From the sequence record NC_061450.1: DNA of 64,000 nucleotides; one strand, written 5' to 3'. The notes under the pieces are model-generated. The model was not told where the DNA came from. It worked only from the letters and a program-made list of their open reading frames with translations, and did not search any database. Below, in pieces: positions 19,509-29,042 of the stretch; within the stretch, counting starts at the first letter, position 1, and every line of letters begins with the position of its first letter. The translations under genes were made by a program, and so were the position numbers.

Positions 19509-19767
19509 CTTTAGGTTTCTCCGGGCGAGGAATGTCTTTGCCGACAATGCGCTTGTACAGGCGGAGGGCCATGACAGCATTGGTTTGAGCCAGACGAGAT
19601 TGCTGCTGGAACTGCATTGGATGTTCTTTCATCCAATCAACAACCCGCTGCAACTCACGAGCGGTGATTAACTTCTTGGCCAGCTTGTCTTGCAGATACA
19701 GACGCACGGCTGTGGTGTTGATTTTATCCGCGCTGGTACTTTCCGCCAGATTGACTGTGATTTTCAT
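19501..19767 (-). CDS. Small putative virion protein (ESTSA motif)
   Basis: Likely start MKITVNLAESTSADK at 19767; 88 aa. Confidence 0.55.
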   Translation of the reverse strand: MKITVNLAESTSADKINTTAVRLYLQDKLAKKLITARELQRVVDWMKEHPMQFQQQSRLAQTNAVMALRLYKRIVGKDIPRPEKPKDA

Positions 19768-19780
19768 AAATTCATTCCTA

Positions 19781-19802
19781 AAGAAATGGGGCCGAAGCCC
19801 CA
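19781..19802 (-). terminator. Rho-independent terminator
   Basis: TGGGGC-TTCG-GCCCCA followed by TTTCTTT. Confidence 0.65.
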
Positions 19803-19808
19803 CTTGGA

Positions 19809-22800
19809 TTAGACGTCCTTAGACGTTGACTTGGTCGTCTTCAACTTGTCCAGAGCGGCGTTGCAACGTTTGATGTTACTCACGTTGTAGCCTGCTTTCA
19901 CAATCTTAATCACACGGGCTTTAGCACGAGCAGCAGTTTCAGTGAACGCAATCCACATGCCAGGACTCTGCTCAAACGTACCGAACTTACGGCTGTTAGG
20001 CAGCTTCTGTCCAACAGCACGGCGCATCTGAGGGTTGGTCGCAAGGTCGAACATGATGCGCAAGCGGTCCTGCATCACCATCGGATAGCACTTGACGTGT
20101 TTCTTGTCAGTTGCTGCACGGTGGCGAATCTGGAAGAACTGTTTCAGTGTGGTCTGCATGTGTGTTGCCTGCGGCACATTGAAGCTCAAGTTCTTACCTG
20201 CAAACACGTCCTGAATAAACTCCAGACGCTTGGCACTCATCGAATCGAAGTCCAGTTTGCGTTTGATTTCGATATAGTCCAAGAACTTCTCGAAGTCTTC
20301 GTAATAGAACAGGTCGATGTAAACATAATCGCCGAACTGTACAAAGTCAAACTGCTTCATGTCCGCTGCATCAGGGTCTGCGGCATCCGCATAGATAGCC
20401 ACAAATCCGTTGTACACAGTAGGCGTGAGTTCCAGACTCATATCACGACCCGCAGGAAGATCATCCAGTGTCACAGCGCCAGACTTCTTGGCTACCTTAG
20501 TGACAGTGTTACCCAACTTAGGCAGTGAAGCAACCTTGCGGGCACGCACGGCTTCTTTGACACCCTCGTTGACTGGCTTTTCCTTCGCGATGTTCTCGCT
20601 GCGTTTCTTGGCACGTACCGCAGTGCGCTCAACCACTTCAACCTTTTTACGGGTCTCTTCGGTGTTTGCTGTCTGCGTTTCGTCTTTGATAGTGTCTTCC
20701 ACTTCAACGGCGGACGCTTCTGCATTAGCACGCTTGCGTTCCTGCTCAGTTGCCCAAGGCTTGCGAACCTTGAAGAACGTGCTCAGGTCTTTCTTGTTGA
20801 CTTTGGTTGCTACGTGAACTTTGGACGCTGGAATGCTTACCAGTTCTTCGCTGCCACTGAGACGCACACGCACTGTAGAGATTGGCGCGTCTGCTTTCAG
20901 TTTGCCGTCTTGGTTACGCACGTTAACGCCAACGATAACACCGTTGCCGAACTCAGTCACAACAGGCATCAGGTGGCAGGCATTTTTCAGCATTTCACCA
21001 GAGGCAAAGTTATGTCCACGCGCCCAATCAAGCAGTCGCTCCAGGCCCCAGCCGTAACGGTCAGGAATCTTCTGGTTGGCAACGATAGGGAACTGATCGA
21101 TTACACGGAAGTCACGCAGTGGCGCAGCAGGTTCCAGTGGGACCATAGCAGCAGCCGTTGTACGGCGCATCTCCGTAAACTCGGCAGTCTCAATGTCGTT
21201 GAGGTCACGCTTGGCCATGAAGTAATCCAAGAAGTCCTCGATGGTGTTGTTGTTGATCAACAACTCGCGGTTCATCTTGATTGGAGCCAGCTCGTACTTA
21301 TCGAGGTCGGCATAACGCTCGTTGCCTTTCTCATCGAACTGCGTCTTCTCCAGTGTCTTCCACATCAGGCGTGCAACTTTACCAACTTCCAGAGTGTGCA
21401 GTGTCATCACCCAATCGATGAATACCACTTCACGCTTCATGTCACCTGGGCGGCCGTTCTCGTCAAACTCGGCAGCAGCAACATCTGGACGGAAGATACG
21501 TGCAGTAGACTGGTCGTAAACACCAGGAGACCAAGGTGTATCGCAGCGGATGATACGGCTACCCATCTGCATGTTGTGACCTTCACTGATTGCCTGTTCG
21601 TTGGCAATAATGATTTGCACACCCTGATTGGTCTTGAACGCATCGAGGTTAGCGACTTTATCTTGACCCAGCTTGCCAACTTCACCGTGGAACAACACAG
21701 CAACGCGCTTGTATTGCTCAGGCAGGGCTTCGTAGATTGCGTTGGCGCTACGGGTGTAACGAGTAAACACAATCAGCTTGCCTTGCACCTCTTCTTTCCA
21801 GTAGTCTGGATCGTCCGGTGGTGGAGTCATTGAAGGAGGCAGCATTTGACGCTGATACGTCTCAGTTTGCTTACGCGCAAGGTACTTGACGCCGTTGAAC
21901 ACAGCAATATCAAGTTCCTTCGGAGTAACGCCTGGCTTCCATTGGAAGATCTGCTGCGTTGCCTCTTCTGGATTGCGGTCATCCTGCACTTCAAAGTGAC
22001 GCTTGATACGGTCGATGATGGTCAGAACCTTAGCACTCACAAAGTTCTTGACGCCAGCACGTTCGAAAGTCTCACGGCCAATGTCATCACCCATCGGGTC
22101 AGTCAGCAGCATTTCCATACGCTGGAAATACAGGTTCAGGTCAGCGTTGCCTGCCAACAGACTACCCAGGATATCGCCTTCATCCAGCTCGGACTCATCG
22201 ATACCTGCATCGTCGCTGCCGCCTTCCGCTTCTTCACCTTCTTCGTCGTCTTCACTTGCACCGCTGGCTTTGCGTTTGGCTTCGGACGCAGCTTTGTCCA
22301 ACAGCTCCAACACTTCCATATACATGGCGTCATACAGTTGCTTGTGCAGCTCAGAGTTAGGAACAGTCGGGTCCGCAATGTCAACCTGCAAGAAGGTATC
22401 GATTGGGTTAGGCAGCATGAACGCCCACGCCTTACGTTTGTACGAGATAAACGCAGTGTGGTTTGACAGACGGCTGTGAGTACGGCGAATCATCGCAGTA
22501 GTACCGTCACCCTGATCAGCAACTTCAAGGTTGTCACCAAAGATAGCTGGAGTCAACAACGCAGCCTGACCAACAACGTCACTCACACGGTCAGTTACCA
22601 GAGTACCGGTAGCAATACGTGCATAGCGAATTGAAGGTGCTGTGAAGATCGCCTTGGCGTTGAAGTGTACCTGCGAACCACTCTGGCCACCTGAGTAGTT
22701 CTTGACCTTGTGTGATTCATCAATCAGGGCATAGCTGAATCCGAAGCGGTTGACGAACTCAACAGCGCCACGAATACGAACACGCACACCACCGATATCA

Positions 22801-25622
22801 ACGTTGAGCACACCAGTCTGGAGGAAGCTCAGGCCAACAACAAAGATGGTATTCTGTGGAGCCTGAGAGATAACGTCATAAAGACGCTGTTCGCCCCAGG
22901 TGTTCACAGTGTCGCTGGTGATTGGTACAACGTTCCAACCATCAAGGAACTTGTGCGTATCGTCTGCCCAGGTAGTTGCAAGGTTAGAAGGGCACACAAC
23001 CAGAGGCTTGATGTTCTCTTCGCCAAGGTCGTTAAGCTCTTTCATCATGGCAGCAATGTCGGTGATACCGATGATTGTCTTACCACCACCAGGTGCAACA
23101 AACAGTACAGCATAGCGAGGACGACGACGCAGTGTCTGGTGAGCACCCAACTGGTGAGGCATCAACTGCGTGCCTGGCTTGAGTCCAGGGATCTGAATGT
23201 CGCTTGCCTGAATACCAGTGTCTGGCTTGAGGCGATCAACTTCCTGCTCTGCCTGCTCAAAGATTTCCAGCGTGTTTGGAATAACGTCGCTGTACATCGT
23301 TGCGAATGGCAGCACAATGTTCATCAGACGGTTTGACTGAGGAGCATCTTGGCTTTCGCTGAGGCTACTGAACAACGCTTTGCGATCACCACCTTTGATA
23401 GCAGCACACGCCTGACGGAACAACGTACCACCGAAGTAGTTGTTGAGTCGTGCCATGTCACCCAGCTTGTTGGCTGTGGTAGCTTGGAAGAAGTGCGTGT
23501 GGTCCTGTTGCGCTTCCAGCACGGCAGTAATATCACCGCCCATTTCACGCATCAACGTGGTAGTCAGGTTGGAAGCACGCATACCCGCAGCATCGTTTAA
23601 CACACGGGTTACAATGCGCATCAATGCCAGCTCAGGAGCAACGCCTTCATTGACCGTGAAGTTGTTTTCAATCAGGCCCTGATAAAGGTTGTCGTCATAG
23701 CTTGAATCACTGAGGCTTGAGTCTTCGCCAGTGAAACCCATTTCATCACGCGTTGCCTGCACAAGAGACTTGAGATCAGGTACTTGCTTTTGACGCAGCA
23801 TGTGTCCATAGGTGGCACATACCTGACTCACGATTTCATACAGGTCCTTGCTGGCGCCCGGGCTGAACTCGATGTTCTTGTCAACTACCTTGCTAACGTA
23901 ACGGCCGTTGCCTGCTTCTGCAAGTCCCGCACTAACCGCCAAGTCACTTGCTGCCTGATACTTACCAGCACGCGACGAGGTAGCAATGCTTTCCAGCATA
24001 TCTGCCGCATTACGGAAGTTAGGGCTTTCACCTGGCTCAGCAAAGTCATAACCCAGCATGTCTGCTGTGTCCAGCGCTGTTGGAATCTTGGCACCAACGG
24101 TACGGGTTGAGTTTACGCTGATACCGCCAGAAGAGGACGTTTCAACCACAACGGCGAAGTCAGGGTCGATACCGATACAGATGTTGCTGTATTTGGACAG
24201 ACTCTTGGCCAGCTCTTGTGCTTTGCGGTCAATGTCCAAATCGTTTTCACGCGCAGCAAACAGCGGAGTACGCAGCGTATCGTGATCGACGGACAGTGGA
24301 ATGCCTTTAGCAAACAGCTTGGTCAGAACTTCGTTGAGGTCATGCTCATACTTGCTGACGGTCTGGACGTCAATATCGTCACGACTTGGCAGGACACTCA
24401 TCATACCGTTAGGCATGATAGTTAGACCACGATCGTCCGCAACAGTTTGATGCACAGAGTAGCCAAACTTCTCACGCAGTTGTTTCAACATTGGCAGCAT
24501 GGTTGCCGATGTGACGTAGCGTGGGATTGAAGCACGACGGGTTACGTTACCACCACGCGCTGAACCCTGAACACGGCAATAGTATTCTGCCCAGCTCTGG
24601 AACCAACGATAAACACACATGGTGGCAAGGTCACTAGCACCCTGACAGATGTAGTCAACGATTGCCTGTTCAACACGAACCACCAGCGCACCCTCAACGC
24701 GCACATCGATAGCGAGGTTGACAGGGTTGACTTCAACAGGCGTGTCAGCACTGATCTTCATTGCCTGCATCTTACGTTCAAGCAGATTACGACCAGGTAC
24801 GGAACGCAGACCGATGCGCATAAAGTCGCCCAGCGTGTTCACACAGTCTTTGTCCAAGTTTTGGAACAGGTCAATGTTCTGACCATTCAATGACGAGTGA
24901 ATGCTGCTGAGGATGTTGTTGATAGCTTCCCAATCAAAGTCCAGAGGCAGTTTGTCAGTCATGGCATAGAACAGGCTCTGTCCACCACGACGAACATCAC
25001 CAAACACATACTGGTGAATCTGGTTGGCAGCACGGATAGCATTCTGAGCAATCTCAGACTGATACACGGCTACGTTCTTTGAGCGGAACTGTTCGTCATC
25101 GTCGAGACGCGGACGGTTGCTGCCCTGATCGTTAAACACGTTGAAGGTACCCATGGCTGCCACAGGTGTGGTTGCACAGGGAATGCCGCTCATGATAATG
25201 TCGAACCCATCAGAGTAACGCTCAATCACCGCGTTAGCACGACTGGACATGTGTGCAGCCAGCAGCGCTTTAACTTCTTTTGGAATCTTAGGCGAGTTCA
25301 ACAACACGTTGATCTTTTCGCCTTCGGAGCGAATCATCTGGCCTACGCGTGTTGCAAACTCATCAGAGCCAGCATCAAGGATATCCTCGAACTGTGCGCC
25401 ATTCTCAACAATGTAGCCGAGAACATTGTAGGTTGCGTAGAGACGTGCAACGGTGGCAGCAACAAAACGGCCCAGAGTATCGAATGCACCACGCTGCTTA
25501 CCTGCAGGGTACATGAGTTCCATGCGCTGTTTTACTTGCTCATCGATTGGGTGAAGGGCAAGTGCCTTCTCAACCGATTCTGCAATCTGGCTGGAGCCGG
25601 TTTTGGACATACTAATAATCAT
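19809..25622 (-). CDS. Very large SNF2-family helicase/ATPase, possibly virion-associated
   Basis: 1937 aa; LMPHQ, VAPGGGKT, LIDESHKVKN, ATGT, LIVFTRY, SEGHNMQ, PWSPGVYDQSTARIFR. Confidence 0.85.
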   Translation of the reverse strand: MIISMSKTGSSQIAESVEKALALHPIDEQVKQRMELMYPAGKQRGAFDTLGRFVAATVARLYATYNVLGYIVENGAQFEDILDAGSDEFATRVGQMIRSEGEKINVLLNSPKIPKEVKALLAAHMSSRANAVIERYSDGFDIIMSGIPCATTPVAAMGTFNVFNDQGSNRPRLDDDEQFRSKNVAVYQSEIAQNAIRAANQIHQYVFGDVRRGGQSLFYAMTDKLPLDFDWEAINNILSSIHSSLNGQNIDLFQNLDKDCVNTLGDFMRIGLRSVPGRNLLERKMQAMKISADTPVEVNPVNLAIDVRVEGALVVRVEQAIVDYICQGASDLATMCVYRWFQSWAEYYCRVQGSARGGNVTRRASIPRYVTSATMLPMLKQLREKFGYSVHQTVADDRGLTIMPNGMMSVLPSRDDIDVQTVSKYEHDLNEVLTKLFAKGIPLSVDHDTLRTPLFAARENDLDIDRKAQELAKSLSKYSNICIGIDPDFAVVVETSSSGGISVNSTRTVGAKIPTALDTADMLGYDFAEPGESPNFRNAADMLESIATSSRAGKYQAASDLAVSAGLAEAGNGRYVSKVVDKNIEFSPGASKDLYEIVSQVCATYGHMLRQKQVPDLKSLVQATRDEMGFTGEDSSLSDSSYDDNLYQGLIENNFTVNEGVAPELALMRIVTRVLNDAAGMRASNLTTTLMREMGGDITAVLEAQQDHTHFFQATTANKLGDMARLNNYFGGTLFRQACAAIKGGDRKALFSSLSESQDAPQSNRLMNIVLPFATMYSDVIPNTLEIFEQAEQEVDRLKPDTGIQASDIQIPGLKPGTQLMPHQLGAHQTLRRRPRYAVLFVAPGGGKTIIGITDIAAMMKELNDLGEENIKPLVVCPSNLATTWADDTHKFLDGWNVVPITSDTVNTWGEQRLYDVISQAPQNTIFVVGLSFLQTGVLNVDIGGVRVRIRGAVEFVNRFGFSYALIDESHKVKNYSGGQSGSQVHFNAKAIFTAPSIRYARIATGTLVTDRVSDVVGQAALLTPAIFGDNLEVADQGDGTTAMIRRTHSRLSNHTAFISYKRKAWAFMLPNPIDTFLQVDIADPTVPNSELHKQLYDAMYMEVLELLDKAASEAKRKASGASEDDEEGEEAEGGSDDAGIDESELDEGDILGSLLAGNADLNLYFQRMEMLLTDPMGDDIGRETFERAGVKNFVSAKVLTIIDRIKRHFEVQDDRNPEEATQQIFQWKPGVTPKELDIAVFNGVKYLARKQTETYQRQMLPPSMTPPPDDPDYWKEEVQGKLIVFTRYTRSANAIYEALPEQYKRVAVLFHGEVGKLGQDKVANLDAFKTNQGVQIIIANEQAISEGHNMQMGSRIIRCDTPWSPGVYDQSTARIFRPDVAAAEFDENGRPGDMKREVVFIDWVMTLHTLEVGKVARLMWKTLEKTQFDEKGNERYADLDKYELAPIKMNRELLINNNTIEDFLDYFMAKRDLNDIETAEFTEMRRTTAAAMVPLEPAAPLRDFRVIDQFPIVANQKIPDRYGWGLERLLDWARGHNFASGEMLKNACHLMPVVTEFGNGVIVGVNVRNQDGKLKADAPISTVRVRLSGSEELVSIPASKVHVATKVNKKDLSTFFKVRKPWATEQERKRANAEASAVEVEDTIKDETQTANTEETRKKVEVVERTAVRAKKRSENIAKEKPVNEGVKEAVRARKVASLPKLGNTVTKVAKKSGAVTLDDLPAGRDMSLELTPTVYNGFVAIYADAADPDAADMKQFDFVQFGDYVYIDLFYYEDFEKFLDYIEIKRKLDFDSMSAKRLEFIQDVFAGKNLSFNVPQATHMQTTLKQFFQIRHRAATDKKHVKCYPMVMQDRLRIMFDLATNPQMRRAVGQKLPNSRKFGTFEQSPGMWIAFTETAARAKARVIKIVKAGYNVSNIKRCNAALDKLKTTKSTSKDV

Positions 25623-26125
25623 TGTGCGTCACCTACTTTTCCATGATTATCAACGATGGTCTGCCACAGAGGAGACGCAGGGATTTTACGATCAGTAGCA
25701 AGGTCCAGCAGCGCTGCCGCAAGAGCATACGACTGATTGCGAGACAGGCGACGAAATACATCCCGCGTGTCCATGCCACGAATGTCTTCGTTGGTACGGA
25801 GCTTGTAGATATCGCGGTAGTCAGTGATCATCTTAGACAGATCACCGTCTGCGTCGTCTTGGTCAATCTCAGCACTCTGCTGGGTGTAGCTAATGGTTTT
25901 AGCCAGCACGTCAATCAGACGCAACAGGTCCTGTTGTGTGTACGCAACAAAGTTAGGCAGACCGCCTTTACCCAGTACGTCCAGCACCGACTTGGGAAGT
26001 TCAATCGGTGTGCGTTGATCGGCGCTGACACTTTCAAGCAGTGACTGAGCAGCACGGGAATACGGAGTATCACCTCGCGCGGCATCAGCCAAGACTTGTC
26101 TCAGCTTTTGGTTGGTTTCAGACAC
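25619..26125 (-). CDS. Hypothetical protein
   Basis: 168 aa, GTG start with GGAG RBS, ATGA coupling to the SNF2 gene. Confidence 0.65.
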   Translation of the reverse strand: MSETNQKLRQVLADAARGDTPYSRAAQSLLESVSADQRTPIELPKSVLDVLGKGGLPNFVAYTQQDLLRLIDVLAKTISYTQQSAEIDQDDADGDLSKMITDYRDIYKLRTNEDIRGMDTRDVFRRLSRNQSYALAAALLDLATDRKIPASPLWQTIVDNHGKVGDAQ

Positions 26126-26134
26126 GTTCTTCTC

Positions 26135-26917
26135 CTAAACAAATGTGCTGCGTACAATGCTAATCAGTTTACGTTCCACTTCGTTTTTGTTGTGACGTCC
26201 TAGGAACATCAACAGGCGAGGACTAGACAGCTTGAGTACAATGCTATCGCCTTTCGCTCTGATACAGCTAATGCCCAGGTCAGTGTTCCACTCATGCCAC
26301 AGTCTGGGTTGCGCCATAACATAATCAACAGTTGGATATGTGTCAGGCACAACAGGAAGTGGAGACTTAGCCAGCTTCTTGGTCAAATTATCAGTTTTGA
26401 ACAAAGCACGAGGCTCTTTACCACTAAACCAGTAAGGAACTCGACTGTGCAGCACTTGACCAATCTTGGGCACTTTGCCTTTTACTGGCTTGGGCACATA
26501 CACAAGATACACAGTAGCGGTAGTGTTGATGCAGTGTGCAATCGGGTTGTATGAACTATCCAATGTAACACGAACATCAGCAACCCGCAACAGATCAAGA
26601 AACTTGATTCTGTCCAGCCAGAACTTGTAGCCGTATTGCATTGACTTGATGAGTTGTCGCGCCTCTTTGATGCTGTCAGACATTGGACCAGGCACGGTGT
26701 GAATCAGAAACTTGCTGCTGTAGCGACTAACACTGGACAGGAAGCCCATCACAACACGCTGCATACCCATTGGTTGAGGAGCAGAGTTATAAAGGTCCTG
26801 CACTGTTTGGGTTGAGATATAAGAGGCCCAAGCCTCAAGATACTCAGGGTCCACACAGTCAGGAAAGCCGTGAATGTCCAGCGTTGGTTCGCTGCCATAC
26901 GTTTTCAGCGTGGCCAC
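26135..26917 (-). CDS. Hypothetical protein
   Basis: 260 aa, GTG start overlapping the HNH stop. Confidence 0.65.
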   Translation of the reverse strand: MATLKTYGSEPTLDIHGFPDCVDPEYLEAWASYISTQTVQDLYNSAPQPMGMQRVVMGFLSSVSRYSSKFLIHTVPGPMSDSIKEARQLIKSMQYGYKFWLDRIKFLDLLRVADVRVTLDSSYNPIAHCINTTATVYLVYVPKPVKGKVPKIGQVLHSRVPYWFSGKEPRALFKTDNLTKKLAKSPLPVVPDTYPTVDYVMAQPRLWHEWNTDLGISCIRAKGDSIVLKLSSPRLLMFLGRHNKNEVERKLISIVRSTFV

Positions 26918-27276
26918 TATCGACCTCCATGCAACAGGCGGCTGCCTCTACGGTTAGCCGTACCAATCTGATTGTTGTCACACGTATGGCACAACAGTTC
27001 AAGGTTGTGTTTAAGATTGCTGCCTCCACGAGAGTGAGGTACTTTGTGGTTGAGGATAAGCTGAGTAGTAGCCACTCCACAACGTTCACATTTTTGCCCA
27101 CGCTCCTGAATCAACAGCGATCTGTAAGCAGACCAATCGCCACGTTCCATTCGACTGTGAGTTCCAGCGCGATTACGATCAAGACCAGACACGCCAGCAA
27201 GGCGCTGTGAGGTGCTGGGCTTTCCCCAACTATTGTTCTTGCGGGCAGCAATGCCACCACGAGGTCTATAGGCCAT
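26917..27276 (-). CDS. HNH endonuclease
   Basis: CERCG...NHKVPHSRGGSNLKHNLELLCHTCDN: HNH motif with two CxxC pairs; 119 aa. Confidence 0.9.
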   Translation of the reverse strand: MAYRPRGGIAARKNNSWGKPSTSQRLAGVSGLDRNRAGTHSRMERGDWSAYRSLLIQERGQKCERCGVATTQLILNHKVPHSRGGSNLKHNLELLCHTCDNNQIGTANRRGSRLLHGGR

Positions 27277-27304
27277 ATTGTGTCTCTCACAAAGGTAACA
27301 CAGA

Positions 27305-27313
27305 TATTTACAG
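27305..27313 (-). promoter_or_regulatory. Putative phage promoter motif CTGTAAATA
   Basis: 29 nt upstream of the HNH start, intergenic. Confidence 0.6.
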
Positions 27314-27318
27314 TATTG

Positions 27319-28140
27319 TTAGGCGCTTGAGCTGAATATCTGCACCGTTTTATTCAGGCTGCCCTCGTAGGCTGTCTGAATGTCTTTGGCGTTGCGTCGA
27401 ACTATCTTGTCCAGGGCTGCACTAAAGTTAGCGAGATCATCAGGATTGAGGTGGCCGTTGGACCACGCGAGAAGTTCTTGGCGAATCTTAACAATGCTGT
27501 TAGCGCTGGACTCAACAAGTGGACCAAGCACCTCAGTATTAAGGATTTCACCCAGCTGGCCAACATCACGCAATGCACGCAGGTCAGCAATCACTTCACG
27601 CATTTGGTTGTACAGTTGCATCAAGGCATAAATATCACGGCTCTCTTTCTTGGCCATGTACTTTGCCTCACACTCACGCGCCATAGCACGCAGCTTGTCG
27701 AACATGATCATGTACTCACCGATCTGTTCGTTTTCCTGTTTGATTATGTCAGGAATGTCAGCCATGAGTTCACCAACTTGCGCCTCCATCATGGCAATCT
27801 CTGTACCACTTGGAACGCCAGCTTTCTTCTTGACCTTCTTTTCTATCTCACGTTGAGCAGCGTTTACTTTCTTTTTCTTGGGCTTAGCGTCCTTGGCAGG
27901 CTTTGGGACTCGGGTTTTCTTTGCCTGTGGAGCTTCCGGAAGAAGGTCATCAAGGCTGGGATTGGAATCAAACAAATCACCAGTCTTCTTTTTCTTCTTA
28001 ACCTTTACTGAGCTAACCACTTTTGCAGACTTGGCCCGTTTAGCAGTTGATTTGGCTTTGATGCCAGATTTCTTTTTCTTTGACTTCTGCGCCGCACCGC
28101 CAATGGCGTCTAGATCGTCAAGGCTTAATGCCGTGGCCAT
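27319..28140 (-). CDS. Possible small terminase subunit (T4 gp16-like) with Lys-rich N-terminus
   Basis: 273 aa; ESRDIYALMQLYNQMREVIADLRAL aligns by eye with recalled T4 gp16 [25 protein letters not shown]; adjacent to an HNH gene. Confidence 0.4.
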   Translation of the reverse strand: MATALSLDDLDAIGGAAQKSKKKKSGIKAKSTAKRAKSAKVVSSVKVKKKKKTGDLFDSNPSLDDLLPEAPQAKKTRVPKPAKDAKPKKKKVNAAQREIEKKVKKKAGVPSGTEIAMMEAQVGELMADIPDIIKQENEQIGEYMIMFDKLRAMARECEAKYMAKKESRDIYALMQLYNQMREVIADLRALRDVGQLGEILNTEVLGPLVESSANSIVKIRQELLAWSNGHLNPDDLANFSAALDKIVRRNAKDIQTAYEGSLNKTVQIFSSSA

Positions 28141-28163
28141 AGGAAAATCCTCTGTGGAAACAG

Positions 28164-28190
28164 AAAAGGGAACCCCGTGAGGCTCCCTTT
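28164..28190 (-). terminator. Rho-independent terminator
   Basis: GGGAGCC-TCACGG-GGTTCCC-TTTT. Confidence 0.75.
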
Positions 28191-28200
28191 AGGGTTCTGC

Positions 28201-28998
28201 TTAGAAGTTGTGTGCCAGAATACGTGCAGCCAGTTGCTCGTAATACTCAGGCGCGTAGCGGAATACCTGGGCATAGTAGTCCAGCAGCTTCTGAGTATCA
28301 ACACCACCAGCAGCGCTGAGACTGTCCAGCTGTGGGAACTGTTTCGGGTCCAGCTCATCACCATCAACCAGGGCAACCATTGACTTGCTGGTGATCTGTT
28401 CTTCGTTGCCTTCACGGTCAACAACCAGGAATGAGTTATCGTCAGTTACCTGGGCTGCTACAAAGCCAACTTTGACTTCGCCGCTGTTAGAAACAAAGCT
28501 GACCATGTCGCCGCCAACAGCACCGGCCAACAGCAGATTGTGGTTGGCATAAAGATGCGCAACTTCTGGGTTCTGGCTACGCAGTTGTTCAGGAGTCGCA
28601 GAGCTAACGCTACGCAGCATTTCCAGCAGCTCGGCGTTGTCATTGATATCCTGATTACGCACCAGCACGTCTTGACCAGACTCTGATTTGCGGATTGTCC
28701 ACATGCGCTCGTTTTGGTCGAGGTACATGTTTTTGGACAGGGCACGCATTTCAGTGACCTCAGCAACGTCTTTAACGTCCTGCATACGCTGCATGATCAC
28801 ACGAGCGTAGGTGTGGGTACGGCCATCGTCGATGATAGAAGCCGAGCCGCTGACCGACATGTATTCGCGATCAGTTGCAGCACTAACAGATGCGCCGAAG
28901 TTCTGGGTAATATCTTCACCAGGCGCATGAACGAGTTGAACGAGAGCCAGAGCCTGGTTAGTACCGATAGGTTCAAGCTGTTTGATAAAAGCCTTCAT
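28201..28998 (-). CDS. Putative virion structural protein
   Basis: 265 aa; AGGAG RBS; ACTAATTT motif 28 nt upstream; own terminator. Confidence 0.55.
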   Translation of the reverse strand: MKAFIKQLEPIGTNQALALVQLVHAPGEDITQNFGASVSAATDREYMSVSGSASIIDDGRTHTYARVIMQRMQDVKDVAEVTEMRALSKNMYLDQNERMWTIRKSESGQDVLVRNQDINDNAELLEMLRSVSSATPEQLRSQNPEVAHLYANHNLLLAGAVGGDMVSFVSNSGEVKVGFVAAQVTDDNSFLVVDREGNEEQITSKSMVALVDGDELDPKQFPQLDSLSAAGGVDTQKLLDYYAQVFRYAPEYYEQLAARILAHNF

Positions 28999-29025
28999 GA
29001 TTATCTCCTGAATATAGACTTTGTG

Positions 29026-29033
29026 AAATTAGT
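29026..29033 (-). promoter_or_regulatory. Putative late-type promoter motif ACTAATTT
   Basis: Intergenic, 28 nt upstream of the start at 28998. Confidence 0.45.
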
Positions 29034-29042
29034 ATATTGAGG

